This document shows positions 25,430 to 38,791 of a DNA stretch of 64,000 bases, one piece after another. The position numbers and the translations under genes are program-made. Each line of letters starts with the position of its first letter. The stretch's first letter is position 1. The DNA lies in NCBI RefSeq assembly GCF_006345805.1, contig NC_043016.1, forward strand, positions 32,364,001 to 32,428,000, read 5' to 3'. Source of the stretch: Octopus sinensis. Its lineage: Eukaryota. The notes beneath the pieces were generated by a model. The model saw only the letters and a list, made by a program, of their open reading frames with translations, was not told the origin of the DNA and did no database searches.

Positions 25430-25875
25430 CCTAATATTGATTTCAAATTTTGGCACAAGGCCAGCAATTTTTTTGTGGGGGTGAGTTGATTATATTGACC
25501 TCAGTGTTTAACTGGTACTTAATTTATCAACACCAAAAGGATGAAAAATAAAGTCAGCCTTGGCAGAATTTGAACTCAGAAAGTGAAGACGAATGAAATG
25601 CTGTTAAGCATATTGCCTAATGTGCTAACAATTCTACCAGCTTGACACTTGAAAGGGATCTAATAATCCTTTCTACTAAAGGAAATTTCTACTGAAATTT
25701 TGTGGGAGAGGACTAGTCAATTTCATTGACCCCAGTGTTTCACCGGTACTTAATTTATCGACCCCAGAAAGATGAAAGGCAAAGTTGACCTCAGCAGAAT
25801 TTGAACTCAGAATGTAAAGACTGACAAAATATCGCTAAGCAGTTTGTCTGACTTGCTAATGTTTCTGCCAGCTTG
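25430..25875 (-). mobile_element. Two tandem SINE family B copies
   Basis: Reverse complement family B motifs; a + copy lies at 24075-24295. Confidence 0.8.
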
Positions 25876-26751
25876 TCTGATAATGAAAACTATATCAAAA
25901 ATGATAAAGTAGGAAGAGCCCATTAAACAAAAAATGGTCACATTTGAAAGTGGATCACTCATAACTTTTGTAACATTGAAAGCATAGTAAGCAAATATAA
26001 GGAGAAGTACTGCAAAGAGTAGTGTTGCACTGGTTCCAAATTCTTATCTGTTTTGGTCCAGTTTCAGTTTTGGTTGGTTCCGCCTAAGTGTGCGTATGTG
26101 ATATGAATCTTTTGGAGATTAGCATTGCACAAGCTAAACATTTTTTGATTTTCTGATATTTTGAAAATATTTATATTTAGTAAGTCGTATATAGAGAGCA
26201 GATTTTAGGTGTCAAAATATCTACTTTTTTTAGGTGAAAAAATAGTAGTTTTTAAGTGCAAATTTAGGTGCAAAAGATATCATCATTTTGCCTCCATATT
26301 TAATATAAATACCAAAATTCTTTGAAAAATAATGTTTCAAAATAGGATCCATTTTTTAATTGTTGTGCCAAAAGTTGCTTTCTATGTTTATTTTCACACC
26401 AAATAGTAAAAATTAATCAATACAGATAATCAATAATTAAAATAATAAATACAACTGCTTAGCACCAAATTTAGAACTGTGAATTATATTAAGGAAAATT
26501 AATCAAATATATTAAAATTTAATAAGTTAATGGAATTGAACATTAAAAATTTATTATTACCAAATTTATTGTATGAAAAAATATTTCTTATTTTTATTTG
26601 AATGATTTTGAAAATGATTATTTGCTTTCAAATATTGTTGGAAAAAACACCTGAGAAAACTTGAAAATGATTTTTTTTTAAATATATAAAATTTTATAAA
26701 AAATGTTTTGATTTTGGTGATTTGCTATTAAATTTTTTTTTTTACATAAGT

Positions 26752-27148
26752 AGAGGCATTGATGTGTGATAAGAAATTTGCTCCCCAACCACATAGTTTT
26801 GGGTTCAATCCCACTGCATGGCACCATGAGCATGTGTTTTCTACTATAGCTCTGGGCCGACCAGAGCCTTGTGGCTAGATCTGGATCACAGAATCTACAA
26901 GAGACCTGTCAAAGCCCATGTTATATATATGTGTGTGTCTGTGTCTGTGTTTGTCCCTCCACCATTGCTCGACAACCAATGTTGTTGTGTTTATGTCCCC
27001 ATAACTTAGTGGTTTGGCAAAAAGAGACCGATTGAATAAATACTAGGCTTACAAGGAATAAGTCCTGGTGTCAATTTGTTAAACAAAAGGTGGAGCTCCA
27101 GCGTGGCTGCTGTCAAATGACTGAAACGAGTAAAAAACTAAAAGGATA
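26752..27148 (+). mobile_element. SINE family A, full length, diverged
   Basis: Family A head, CORE-like block and tail. Confidence 0.85.
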
Positions 27149-29035
27149 TATACATGCTGTGATCAATATGTATCCAAACTGTTGCCATAGTAACAAAGCT
27201 AAAGCACATAGAGTGAAGCAGCTTGGCACAGTTTGACCTTGAACTCTGCTGCCCATGTGCACTAAGTTTTAACATTCTAGTTCACTTCCACTGTTTACAG
27301 CAGTGCTTGGAAGGAAGTTGTGAAGCTTGTGATTGTTTCATTGACCATGACAGAAAGTTGATCTGAGAATCATCATCATCATCATCGTTTAGTGTCCGTT
27401 TCCGTCTACCAATTAAATCCCGTCAATTTGTCCTAACCATGAAAACATCAAACGCAGATATTAAATGATGGTGAAGAGGAGGAGTTAGAATGGGAGACAA
27501 CTTTAGACATTATTTGAGTATTATTGCTTCTCTTCAGCAAGTATGTACATCACTGCAATGCCAAATAGTGATGACAGAGCTCTGTATAGATGTGATATAT
27601 AATAATGTAAACTGGCTGACTGGAGGAAATAGAAATATTCTGACTAAAAGGTTCCTCTGTGGAAAACCCACCTCAAAAAAAAAAAAAAAAAAAATCAGTT
27701 ATGTTTGTGTTAACATATCTAATGAAAAGATTTCCTAATTTTTAAAGACATGTGATGACAAATAAGTGTCTTCTTCTCTCACTCTCTTTCTCTCTCTCTC
27801 TCTGTATCCTCTCTCTCCTCTTTCTCTCTCTCTGTTACTGACTACATAAATCTATTTATATAACAGTTGTATTGAAATATGTATGTGTAATTCTACACTC
27901 ATATTCTTATAATACACACATAATGCAGACACACACGCACACACACACTTGCTCTTACATATACACAGAGAAAATTTACACATGTCTAAGTGTGTGTGTG
28001 TGTGTGTGTGTGCACATCAGTTCATATGCATGTGTATGTATATACATATGAATCATCTCATCTGGTTCCATTTGTATTATATACTTTGACTTTCAAAGCG
28101 AATTTCATGCATTTGAAGATGTTATTTTCATTTGATTTTCAAGTATTTCCACCCACCCTCCCACACCCACTCTTTTTCTCTTCTCTTCTCTTCTCTTCTC
28201 TCTCTCTTTCCATCCCCCCTCTCTCTCTTTCTTTCTCTGTTGCTTTCCTTTCCCTTCATAAGAATTTTTGTGCAAATTTTACGCATCAATCCAAAAGACA
28301 ACTGAAGATGTGTTTACATATTCATATCTGATTGCTGTATGGCTTCTACATTGAGAATCTTTAGCCTAATTTTCTTGTCAGAATGATACCACAGATATCA
28401 TAAGAAATGTACAAAATTTGAGTGGAATATTCTTGTTAAATATCTTTCCAGTTCCTATTGTTTGCGATTTTCTTTTCTTTCCTACTATTTTTAGAAGTTA
28501 AATCATGTTTAGATATAATCATAAGTTTTATTTATTTTTCACTTGTGATAGCTTAATTTTTTTCCTGTATATATTTTTAAGCATCTTTAACAATAGATGT
28601 AGCCTAAATGGCTATGATGTGCATTGAATTTTAACTGTGAAATTGGTTGTTTGTATTTCTGAGTTCAGTGTTACAAATTCAGCTTTTTCATGGTGTAGGC
28701 CTGGCTAACCACATGGATCCAGGTTCAATCCCTCTGCATGGCACTTTGAGCAAGTGTCTTCTGTTACAGCCCCCAGGTTGACCAAAGCCTTGTGAATGGA
28801 TTTGGTTGAAAGAAACTGAAAGAAGCCTATTGTGTGTGCGTGTGTGTGTGTGTTATTCAAAATAGTCTGATTCAGATTCCATGCTACTTCGAGATTCACA
28901 GGCCCCTACACAAACCTGTCTCCTCCTAACATTCATGGAATAGACAAATTATGTTATTACATGTAACTTCTAATAAATGTGTTGAGTGCCTTTCTCTCTT
29001 TTCTCCATTCACTCCTGTGTGTATATATATATATT

Positions 29036-29081
<46 letters not shown>

Positions 29082-29091
29082 GTATATATAT

Positions 29092-29126
<35 letters not shown>

Positions 29127-29674
29127 GTATATATAATCTGATTTGGCATGATTTCTACAGCTGGATGCCCTTCCTAATGCCAACCACTTTACAGAGTGTG
29201 CTGGGTGCTTTTAACATGGCATTGCATGAATGCTTCCATGTGGCACCAGCATGAGTGCTTTTCACATGACACTGACACAAGACTCTTGCAGGCCTATCCT
29301 CTTTACCTGGTGGTGGGGGACCTTAACACTTCTGCTGTGAAGTAGAGGTCTTCTTGCTTCTCAAGTGAAATTCTATAAGCAGGCTTAGCTGATTGGTTAA
29401 GAAGATTACTTTGCAATCATGGATTGCTGAGTTCAGTCTCACTGCATGGTATCTTCAGTAAGAGCCATTTAAGACCCTGTGAGTAAAATTGGGTAGACTG
29501 AAACAATGTAGAAAGTCTGTTAGACAGATTATACCTGTAATTAGAAGATATACCTTTCTTATATTTTGCATCACACTGATTTTAGCTTGGAAATTCTGAT
29601 AGTATAAATATATGTATGTATAAATGTGTGTGTGTGTATGTGTGTATATGTATGTGTATGTGTGTGTGTGTGTG

Positions 29675-29716
<42 letters not shown>

Positions 29717-29721
<5 letters not shown>

Positions 29722-29950
29722 GTAAATGTAATATGTGGCAATTATTCGGTAGCCATGATAAAACTCCAAGTTTTGAAGGCCAAGGTGAACATCCACGCCA
29801 CCATCTCTTCAGTTATCTGGCCATCGGATAGCATTTTTTCTGATGGCCGGATAACTGAAGAGATGGCAGTGTGGATTTCCACCTTGGCATCCGAAACTTG
29901 GAGTTTTATCATGGCTACCGAATAATTGCCACTTATTACATTTAAAGATA
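29717..29950. repeat. Long palindrome: 112-bp arms (about 12 mismatches), 10-nt loop
   Basis: 29717-29828 is the reverse complement of 29839-29950. Confidence 0.95.
29845..29916 (+). ncRNA. Type I hammerhead ribozyme, core intact; predicted cleavage after GUU at 29905
   Basis: GATAA-CTGAAGA-GATG...CATC-C-GAAAC-TTGGA-GTT-TTATC; helix I GATAA/TTATC extendable by GCC/GGC; one extra C beside helix II. Confidence 0.7.
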
Positions 29951-30602
29951 AATTCCTCTATTTACATAATATCCAGGTATCTTTCATTCTTTTGTGTTCT
30001 TACCATTTTTATCAATATATATATATATATATATATCCGATGGGTTTCTTACATTTCCAACTCCCAAATTCATTCATAAGGCTTTGGTTGGCCTGAGGCT
30101 AAAAAAAAGATACTTGCCCAAGGTGCCACACAGTGGGACTGAACTCAGATCCATGTGGTTGAGAATTGAAAATTTTACCTAAAAATCAACTATGATTTTT
30201 TTTCCTTTTATCACTCCACTCATATTTTATTTTCAAACCAAACATTTTTATTTTAAATTATTTGTTTAACTGCAGATGCTGGCATGAATTTTATTCATGA
30301 CTATTGTCATGGCTGTGTCAAAAATAACATCATTTAAGATAGAACGTTTATTGTGCTGGCCAAGAGACAATGTATTTGATCATCATCCACTTTAAAAGCT
30401 GGAATAAAACAATTAGGTCAAACAATATAGGCCAAACACTTTTTTTCTTTCTTTTTACTATTTTTGCTTTTGTTTTTGTTGTGGAGGAAATAAAATGAGT
30501 GAGGAATAAAATGAAATGAGGAGAATAAATATTTAAAAAGAAAGAAAAAAATAGAAATTGATTGTTTGCAGTAAACTAATTTTTATGTTGTATTTTTTAT
30601 AG

Positions 30603-30665
30603 AGTGTATGATGCCGGAACAGAACGCTAATGACTTTTGTAAGAAAATGCTGGAAAAGGTGAAAG
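30603..30665 (+). CDS. Candidate coding exon E3 (63 nt, phase 1 to 1; ECMMPEQNANDFCKKMLEKVK)
   Basis: Acceptor ttgtattttttatAG, donor AAG|GTATGT; open frame; phase matches E2 and E4. Confidence 0.58.
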
Positions 30666-31829
30666 GTATGTTAAAGGTCTACAGTTTCATTATTACCATT
30701 ACCATTTGCTATTATTGTCATCATTATCATCATATCCATCATCGGTGTCATCATCATCATCGTCGTTGTCGTCATCTTCATTATTGTAATGATCTGTGCG
30801 TTGTGATAAAGCAACTAACCAGTTTGTACTTTTCATACACTGGAATATTATAAAAGTTCTTCTGAGAAAGAAGAGGGAGAAAAATAGGAAGTAAAAAATA
30901 AATCAAATATGAAAAAAATGATGAAATAAAGCTATCTGTTCTTCCCTGTATTGGTTGTTTATTTGGCAGTGTTTGGCCTTTAATTACAATGATTAACATA
31001 AGTTTGGGAAGTGCAAGTACCAACCTGGAAACCAAACAAAAGAAACTGCATGAGTCTTGAGATGTGAATATAACTAAAGCAGTCTCAGCTCGTATGAACT
31101 TACTTCACTGTAGTTCACTCTACCCTAAACACACTTAATATACCCCCATCACTCTTCTCGTTTCTCTAAGTGTTATTTAAACCCATATATACTTCCTTTT
31201 ACCTAAGGCTGTACCCAGTTTCTGCCCCATTCCCAACAACCATCACTCACCTCCCTTGGAATTCTTCATCTATCTTCCGACCAAACCAATACCCAAAACA
31301 ATATTAATTACACTAACAGCAAGAGTAATTAGCCATATCTTTGGATCTAGGGGTGTTATTAGGATATAAGTAAGTATGCTATAGCCAAAGTAAAGTAAAT
31401 GTAAACGGATCTTAGTTTTAACAGTGGGGTATTCAGTTGCCTGATCATCTACTGAATACTCATGGCTCATTAAGTGGGTATGTATAGTGGCTGAATATTC
31501 CAAAGACATGTGTACACTTAATGGAATCTTCAAATGGAATCAGCACAACACTGGCTGGACTTTGAATTTATCGTCATCATCTTCACCATTATTATCATCA
31601 GCAGTAGCATTTAATGTCCCTTTTTTTTTCCATGCTGGCATGGATTGGATGGTTCTACAGAAATCAACAAGCCAAGAGGGCTGTTGGTTTCAATATCTGC
31701 TTTACCATGATTTCTACAGCTGGATGTCATTCCTAACACCAGCCACTTTACAGAGTGCACTTGGTGTTTTTATCATGGTACCAAGTTGCTCACAAAATGA
31801 AAACCTGCAAAGCACAGCTGACCTAACTT

Positions 31830-34060
31830 CATCCTGGGCCATCATCTTAAAATTAAATACCAAGAGTGATTGTATTATCTTTGATAAAATGTAGTATCAC
31901 AGAGGTATATTCCAAGAGGAAATCCTGTCTGTGATGCTCTTCATGCTTTCAGTATACCCTTTATCATGTCATTCATGTTGAGGAAGTCTGAAGAATATTC
32001 CATTGGTTGACAAGGAGACAAAAGTACCATGATAACTGCTTTTTTTATGAATGACTTGGAGCTGTATGACAGGAATAAGTATGAGATGAACAAGAGTCTT
32101 GATTTAGCTATTACATTCTCAAAAGACATAGGCTAAACTTTAGTCGGAATAAATGTTCCTATATGGTTGTGAAATGAGGGAAAAAACCAAACTAGCAGCA
32201 TCACCATTAATGATTTGGCTGTTTCTCTTATATCTGGTGAAGAATGCTACAGGTACCTAGGGATAGATGAAAGCACATTTCACAATGGTACCAGTAACAA
32301 GGAACATGCCACTATAACACCTTCAGATAAGAAAATTATTGACCTCATAATTCTCCACACACAGTAAAATAGTGGTTCACAATGTGTTTGCAGCACTAGT
32401 ACTTGCACCAATGTTTGGACTACTGAAATAAACATTTGATAAGATCTATGCCATTGATACTGAAGCTACTGACCAGCTCAAATAATTTTCACATTCACAG
32501 TGATGTAAACTACCTCTTCCTAAAACAAAAATATGGAAGCAGAGCGTTTTTGAATGTCACATCATACTCCTTCAGAAAATCTATTAACCAGTAAGTGTTG
32601 AACTGCATTCGTTGACCAAGTCTATATGCATGAGGTAGATAACATCATGAGACCTGGAAAGTCGCTCTTCCAAGAAATATTCTCTACCTGATAACCTCAA
32701 ATATTTGCCCAAAGAAGTTGTATGACTTTCTTGCTTCATATCATCCAATGAAAGGACGAGTGCATATCTGCAAAAAAACATGCATGGATATGTTGGCATA
32801 AGGCTCCAGGACGACAGCAACATTGGTCAATCAAAGCAGTCTATTATGGACCAACAACTGAATTACTAACTTTCACTTAAAAGAGTGTACATTTGTGACC
32901 AGGAACAGGGAAATAGCTTCCAAATTTCTGATACACAAAAGGAACGGAGACAAGAAAAATCCTGAAATGTGATAACTAATGCAAATTTTGTGAAGTTTGC
33001 ACTGAAGATATATATCACACACACTGGCTTCCGTGCTGGTGGCATGTAAAATGCACCAATCCGACCGTGGCTGTTGCCAGCCTCGCCTGGCACCTGTGCA
33101 GGTGGCACGTAAAAAGCACCCACTACACTCATGCAGTGGTTGGCGTTAGGAAGGGCATCCAGCTGTAGAAACATTGCCAGATAAGACTGGAGCCTGGTGC
33201 AGCCTTCTGGCTTCCCAGATCCCCGGTTGAACCGTCCAACCCATGCTAGCATGGAGAATGGACGTTAAACGATGATGATGATGATCATCATCATCATCAA
33301 ACATATTTCTGCAAAAATGTCATCGCATTATTATCTACCAATGAGACACAATGTTGTAGCTAAGACACTGTACAATGGGATCCATCAGAAGGACAATTCT
33401 GAAACCAAGATATAAGAACCTACTGTGTGAGGCCATAATAACTCTTAGCATTGAAATTCTCAATAAAATGCAAACATAACAGAGAAAATGTAGTGATCTG
33501 GGATGTGGAAGAAAAACTATTTAGTGGAAATCAGCTGCCCAGTGGATGTTAATATAAAGTTAAAGATCAGTGAGAAGAATGTACCTACAATGAGCTATTG
33601 AGAAATGAGACATCTACAGCTACTCTACCCAGATTACAAGTTCAGGTTTATACCCGTAATTACTGGGGCACTGGGATATGTAACACACTGCCTAAGTGCC
33701 AATCTTGAGAAATTAGGGTTCTCAAACCCAGAAATGAGAAAGCTGATTCAAAGACTACAGATCCAATCCATCACTGGAACTGTAAAAATTCTGTAAAACT
33801 TTCCAAAAGCTTATCATTTAAGTATATATGGGCATGTCTAGATATGCAACTATATGCATGAGAATATATACACAAAACATAAATCTGCACATGCACTGAC
33901 TCCAAATACTGCACACATACATACATGCAAAAATACCGTGTTGATGTTGTTGAAATTGCAATGCAGGAACCTTAGATCTAGGTTAGAAACCAATTCTTTC
34001 TTCATGGGCAGGAAATCCAGAAATAAAACTAAATAATATACATACATAAATAAGTATGTG
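31830..34060 (+). mobile_element. Old R4-like (RLE-type) LINE relic: RT, thumb and RLE, interrupted by an RTE-tail element at 33025-33290
   Basis: YHRGIFQEEILSVMLF (QGD motif), FFMNDLELY (FxDD), FSKDIG, YRYLGIDE; later VEISCPVDVNI...FIPVITGALG...LQIQSITGTVKI; many stops. Confidence 0.75.
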
Positions 34061-34365
34061 GGTTGATTTCTTTGAGTAGATCTTTCAAGGTGGTGCCTCT
34101 TCATGGCCACAGTCCAATGATTAAAGCAAATAGAAAAAAGTTAAATAAAAAGGTGGGAGGGATATATGTAGAAATAAAGAGAATGATGTTAATTATGAAT
34201 ATCTACAATATAACGGAGGCAAAATATATCAAGAGAGCATATCACATACTAAATGTAAATATGGAACAATCTCTCACATTTAATATAGTGAGATGAAAAG
34301 CATTGATCATAGATTTTTCTAACCTCTACCAATAATGTTCTATATTTTATTTGTTTTTTTATTTA

Positions 34366-34765
34366 TTTACTCTTACTCTTACTTTTTTACATGTTTCAGT
34401 CATTTGACTGCAGCTATGCGGAGAGCACCGCCTTTAGTCGAGCAACTCGACCCGGGACTTTATTCTTTGTAAGCCAGTACTTATTCTATCGGTCTCTTTT
34501 GCCGAACCACTAAGTGATGGGGACGTAAACACACCAGCATCGGTGCAAGCAATAGGGGTACAAACACAGACCACAAACACACACACATACATACATATAT
34601 ACGACAGGCTTCTTTCAGTTTCCCTCTACCAAATCCACTCACAAGGCATTGGTCAGCCTGGGGCTATAGCAGAAGACACTTGTCCAAGATGCCATGCAGT
34701 GGGACTGAACCCGGAACCATGTGGTTGGTTAGCAAGCTACTTACCACACAGCCACTCCTGCGCCT
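34366..34765 (-). mobile_element. SINE family A, full length
   Basis: Family A motifs. Confidence 0.9.
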
Positions 34766-35308
34766 ACTTATTTATTTATTCTTTTATTTGCTTCAGTCAT
34801 TTGACTGTGGCCATGCTGGAGCACTGCCTTTAGTCGAACAAATCGACCCAAGGACTTATTCTTTGTAAGCCTAGTACTTATTCTATTGGTCTCTTTTGCT
34901 GAACTGCTAAGTTACAGAGATGTAAACACACCAACATCGATTGTCAAGCGATGGAGAGGGGGGGAGAACAAACACAGGCACACAAACATACACACACATA
35001 CGCACATATATATATGGCATAGGTACAGAAGTGGCTGTGTGTTAACTGAAAGAAGCCCATTATATGTATATATAAGTGCGTGTGTGTGTGTATGTTTGTG
35101 TGTCTGTGTTTGTCTCCCCAGCATTGCATGACAACCAACGTTGGTGTGTTCATATCCCCGTAACTTAGTGGTTCGGCAAAAGAGACCAATAGAATAAGTA
35201 CTAGGCTTACAAAGACTAAGTCCTGAGGTTGATTTGTTCAACTAAAGGCGGTGCTCCAGCATGGCCACAGTCAAATTACTGAAATAAATAAAAGAATATA
35301 TATATATA

Positions 35309-36860
35309 CTAGCTGAAGGTGACCCGCTCTACGCGCGGGTAAGAGTGTGGTTGTTACTTTCTGTTGCTTCCTTTCAGCACGTAAAAAGCACCATCCGAAC
35401 GTGGCGGATTGCAGCGCCGCCTTGACTGGCTTCTGTGCTGATGGCACGTAAAAAGCACCAACCGATCGTGGCCGCTGCCAGCCCCCCTGGCACCTGTGCA
35501 GGCGGCATGAAAAAAGCACCCACTACGCTCACAGAGTGGTTGGCGTTAGGAAGGGCATCCACCTGTCGAAACACTGCCAGATCAGACTGGAGCCTGGTGC
35601 AGCCTCCTGGCTTCCCAGACCCCTGTCAAACTGTCCAACCCGTGCTAGCACGGAAAACGGACGTTAAACGATGATGATGATGATGATGATTCTCCCTCTT
35701 TGTTTCTTTCTCCTTTCTCTCTCACTTTCCCACTCTCTTACTCTTCCTTTCTCTCGGACTCTCCCTCGCTTTCTCTTACTCTCTATCTTTATGTATCTCT
35801 CTCCCATTTATAAACAACAAAAGATCTTGAGTAAGTTGAGAAATAAAATATTTAGAAAGATCAATAATAAATATCAGGCAGTTACAAAGGAAAGGTCTGC
35901 TTCAAGACAGACAGCAAAACACTAACATTAAAAGGTACAGACGAACTTGCGAGCTGAATAAAAATAATAAAATATTGGAAACCAAAGTTTGAAGGGATAG
36001 AATTTGAGGATAGTAGAGTCACATGGCTGGCATTTCTTAACGACGGACAGCAACGTATTGAGTTCAACAGCTGGCGTAAAATTTTGAACTTGATGTAAAA
36101 GAAAATCCCTAAAAACCAAGTTTTGACTTGATTCTTTCTCACGACAGTAGACTCACGATGGCAAGCATTCAAAACTTCTTCATCATGGACGGCAACACAT
36201 TGACGATTAAAAGGCTGGAGCAAATTTTTTAGCTTGATGTAACAGAGAATTGCTAAACACCCCTCCTTTAAATTTTAATCCCCTTCCAGCCCCATTATAC
36301 CCCTTTTCACTTTTGGTTAATATAACCCGATTTCATTTGGGTCTACTGGGGCCACATTTTATAAGATGAGGACTCAACCAAGTTTCCCAAGTTCTGGTCA
36401 TAGACCATAGAACACTCAACCAAGTTTCCCAAGTTCTGGTCATAGACCATAAACACTCAACCAAGTTTCCCGATTTCTGGTCATAGACCATAGAACAGTC
36501 AAGCAAGTTTCCCGAGTTCTGGTCATAGACCATAGAACACTCAACCAAGTTTCCCGAGTTCTGGTCATAGTCCATAGAACACTAAACCAAGTTTCCCGAG
36601 TTCTGGTCATTTGCAGAATAAATAGAGACGGCGGAGGTGGCAGACGTCGTTGCAATGTAAACATGATTTGTTATAAGAGAAAGATTGTCCATTGTGTGTT
36701 GGTGGTGTTGGTGGTGGCGATGATAATTATCATTAAGAAAAAGAGTGAGTGAGTGAGGAAGACATACATAAGTTGTGGCGATGATAATTGTAGACCCCTT
36801 TTCACATTTTGATGAAGAGAACCCGATTTCATTCGGGTGTACTGGGGCCACATATAGGTG

Positions 36861-36933
<73 letters not shown>

Positions 36934-37045
36934 CGCTGTAGAAATTAAATTAGAGATAAAACCACAAATAGGGAAATGAAACAGTAAAAAACCAAAACAA
37001 AAACATAAAAAATAAAAATATATTAGATATACATATACATATATG

Positions 37046-37080
<35 letters not shown>

Positions 37081-37487
37081 TGACAGGTAGACAATAGAAT
37101 GCGATGGCGATGGGGATGGCGATGTAATATTTGTTACTGTCCATGAACGCTGATAGATACATGAGTAAAATGTATAGGAAGGTAAGAAATAAGAGTGAGT
37201 GAAAATGTTCTTGGAAGAGAGTAAAGAGCGACAGAGTGATTTGAGGAAGACTTTACATTAAATAACGGTAGTTGCATTGTCAAATGAAGAGGAGTGACAG
37301 AGTACTGGAGGAAATAGGGTGAGGTAGGAAGATGGCCCCTAGCAACCACACCTTTTAAGATAGGGACGCGCATCGTCACCTCATTCTACATGTCCGTGTA
37401 AATTTTGGAGCGAATCGGACGGGATGTAGTGGCATTGAAAGCGAACCAAGCGGTAAAAACGCATTTCAGTTTTATATATAGAGAAGA
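35309..37487 (-). mobile_element. Non-autonomous Helitron (2179 bp) with cargo
   Basis: A|CTAG at 35308-35312 with ACCCGC/GCGGGT hairpin (35322-35340); other end TTTTATATATAGAGAAGA|T; nested within the split SINE. Confidence 0.7.
36372..36610. repeat. 42-bp minisatellite, about 5.7 copies
   Basis: Unit ACTCAACCAAGTTTCCCRAGTTCTGGTCATAGACCATAGAAC. Confidence 0.95.
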
Positions 37488-37706
37488 TATATGATGGGCT
37501 TCTTTTAGTTTCAGTCTACCAAATCCACTCACAAGGCTTTAGGTTATAGTAGAAGACACTTGCCCTAGTGTCTGGGACTGAACTCAGAACCATGTGGTTG
37601 GTAAGCAAGCTACTTACCATCAGCCACTCCTACACCTATTTATTTACCTTTTATTTATTTATTTATTGAATGTGTGCAATTTGTTTTAATTATAATTGAA
37701 GCATTT

Positions 37707-37934
37707 AAAGGCAGCAAGTGGCAAAATCATTAACACACTTGGCAAAATGCTTAACAGCATTTTGTCTGTCTTTATGTTCTGAGTTCAAATTCTGCTGAGG
37801 TCAACTTTGCCTTTCATCCTTTCATTCTTTCGGGATAATAAAATAAGTACCATTCGAGTATTGGGGCAGGGGGGGGGGTCGATGTAAATGACTTACATCC
37901 TCCAAACTTGTTACCTTTGTGCCAAAATTTTAAA

Positions 37935-37978
<44 letters not shown>

Positions 37979-38718
37979 TAGTTTTATTTTTATAGCGTGC
38001 TTTCACTTCACTACCGAGCGCAGTTCTGTGTGCCTTGGGTATGTGCTGTGATTTGTTGTGATGCTCTGATGGTTATTGTATGGAAAGTGTTCTGCGTAGG
38101 ATGTGTGCAGTGCCTAGTAGTGCAATTTTCTGTATGTTATATGTGTTTGTAAGTCCTGGTGTTTCTGTTATGTATTTGTCTGAATATTTTTTTATCATGC
38201 CTAATGCACCTACTATGATAGGAATTGTTTCTGTTTTTAGATTCCACATTCTGGTTACCTCTATTTCCAGGTCTTTGTATTTTGAGAGTTTCTCCATTTC
38301 TTTTAGAGACACGTTGTCATCAGCTGGTATTGATACATCAATTAGAAAGCATTTTTTTTCTTCATGATCTTTGACAACTATATCTGGTCTGTTGGCCTTA
38401 ATTTCTCTATCTGTGTGTATCGGCATATCCCAGAATATGGTTGCTTTTCTTGCCATCGTTTTATCATGGTTCGTTGCTGTTCTATTTTTAGTTTGGATTT
38501 CATTTGTTTATAGCTTTTGTTGTTTCTTCATTTTCTTCTTCTTCTTCTTCATATTTATTAGGTGGTATGATTTCTTGTTTGTATTTGTCAGCTTCCTTAA
38601 ATACTGAGAACAGTTTTTTGTTTTGCTCGTGTTTTGCCGCTATTTGTATCAGTTTTCCTTCCTTCTTTCTTTCCTTATTATTATTATATCATCATTATTA
38701 TTATTATTATTATTATTA

Positions 38719-38791
<73 letters not shown>

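Larger units (their letters stand above)
34770..37635 (-). mobile_element. SINE family A host split at its (TA)n by a + strand SINE A (35012-35300) and a Helitron
   Basis: 3' half at 34770-35010, 5' half resumes at 37488-37635. Confidence 0.7.

Noticed and set aside
26020-26750. AT-rich block beginning TAGTGTTGCAC as a DNA transposon
   Set aside because: No matching second TIR, TSD or coding relic found by eye.
36372-36610. Regular repeats (42, 63 and 24 bp) considered as CRISPR-like arrays
   Set aside because: Units abut with no unique spacers; eukaryotic context; no cas genes.
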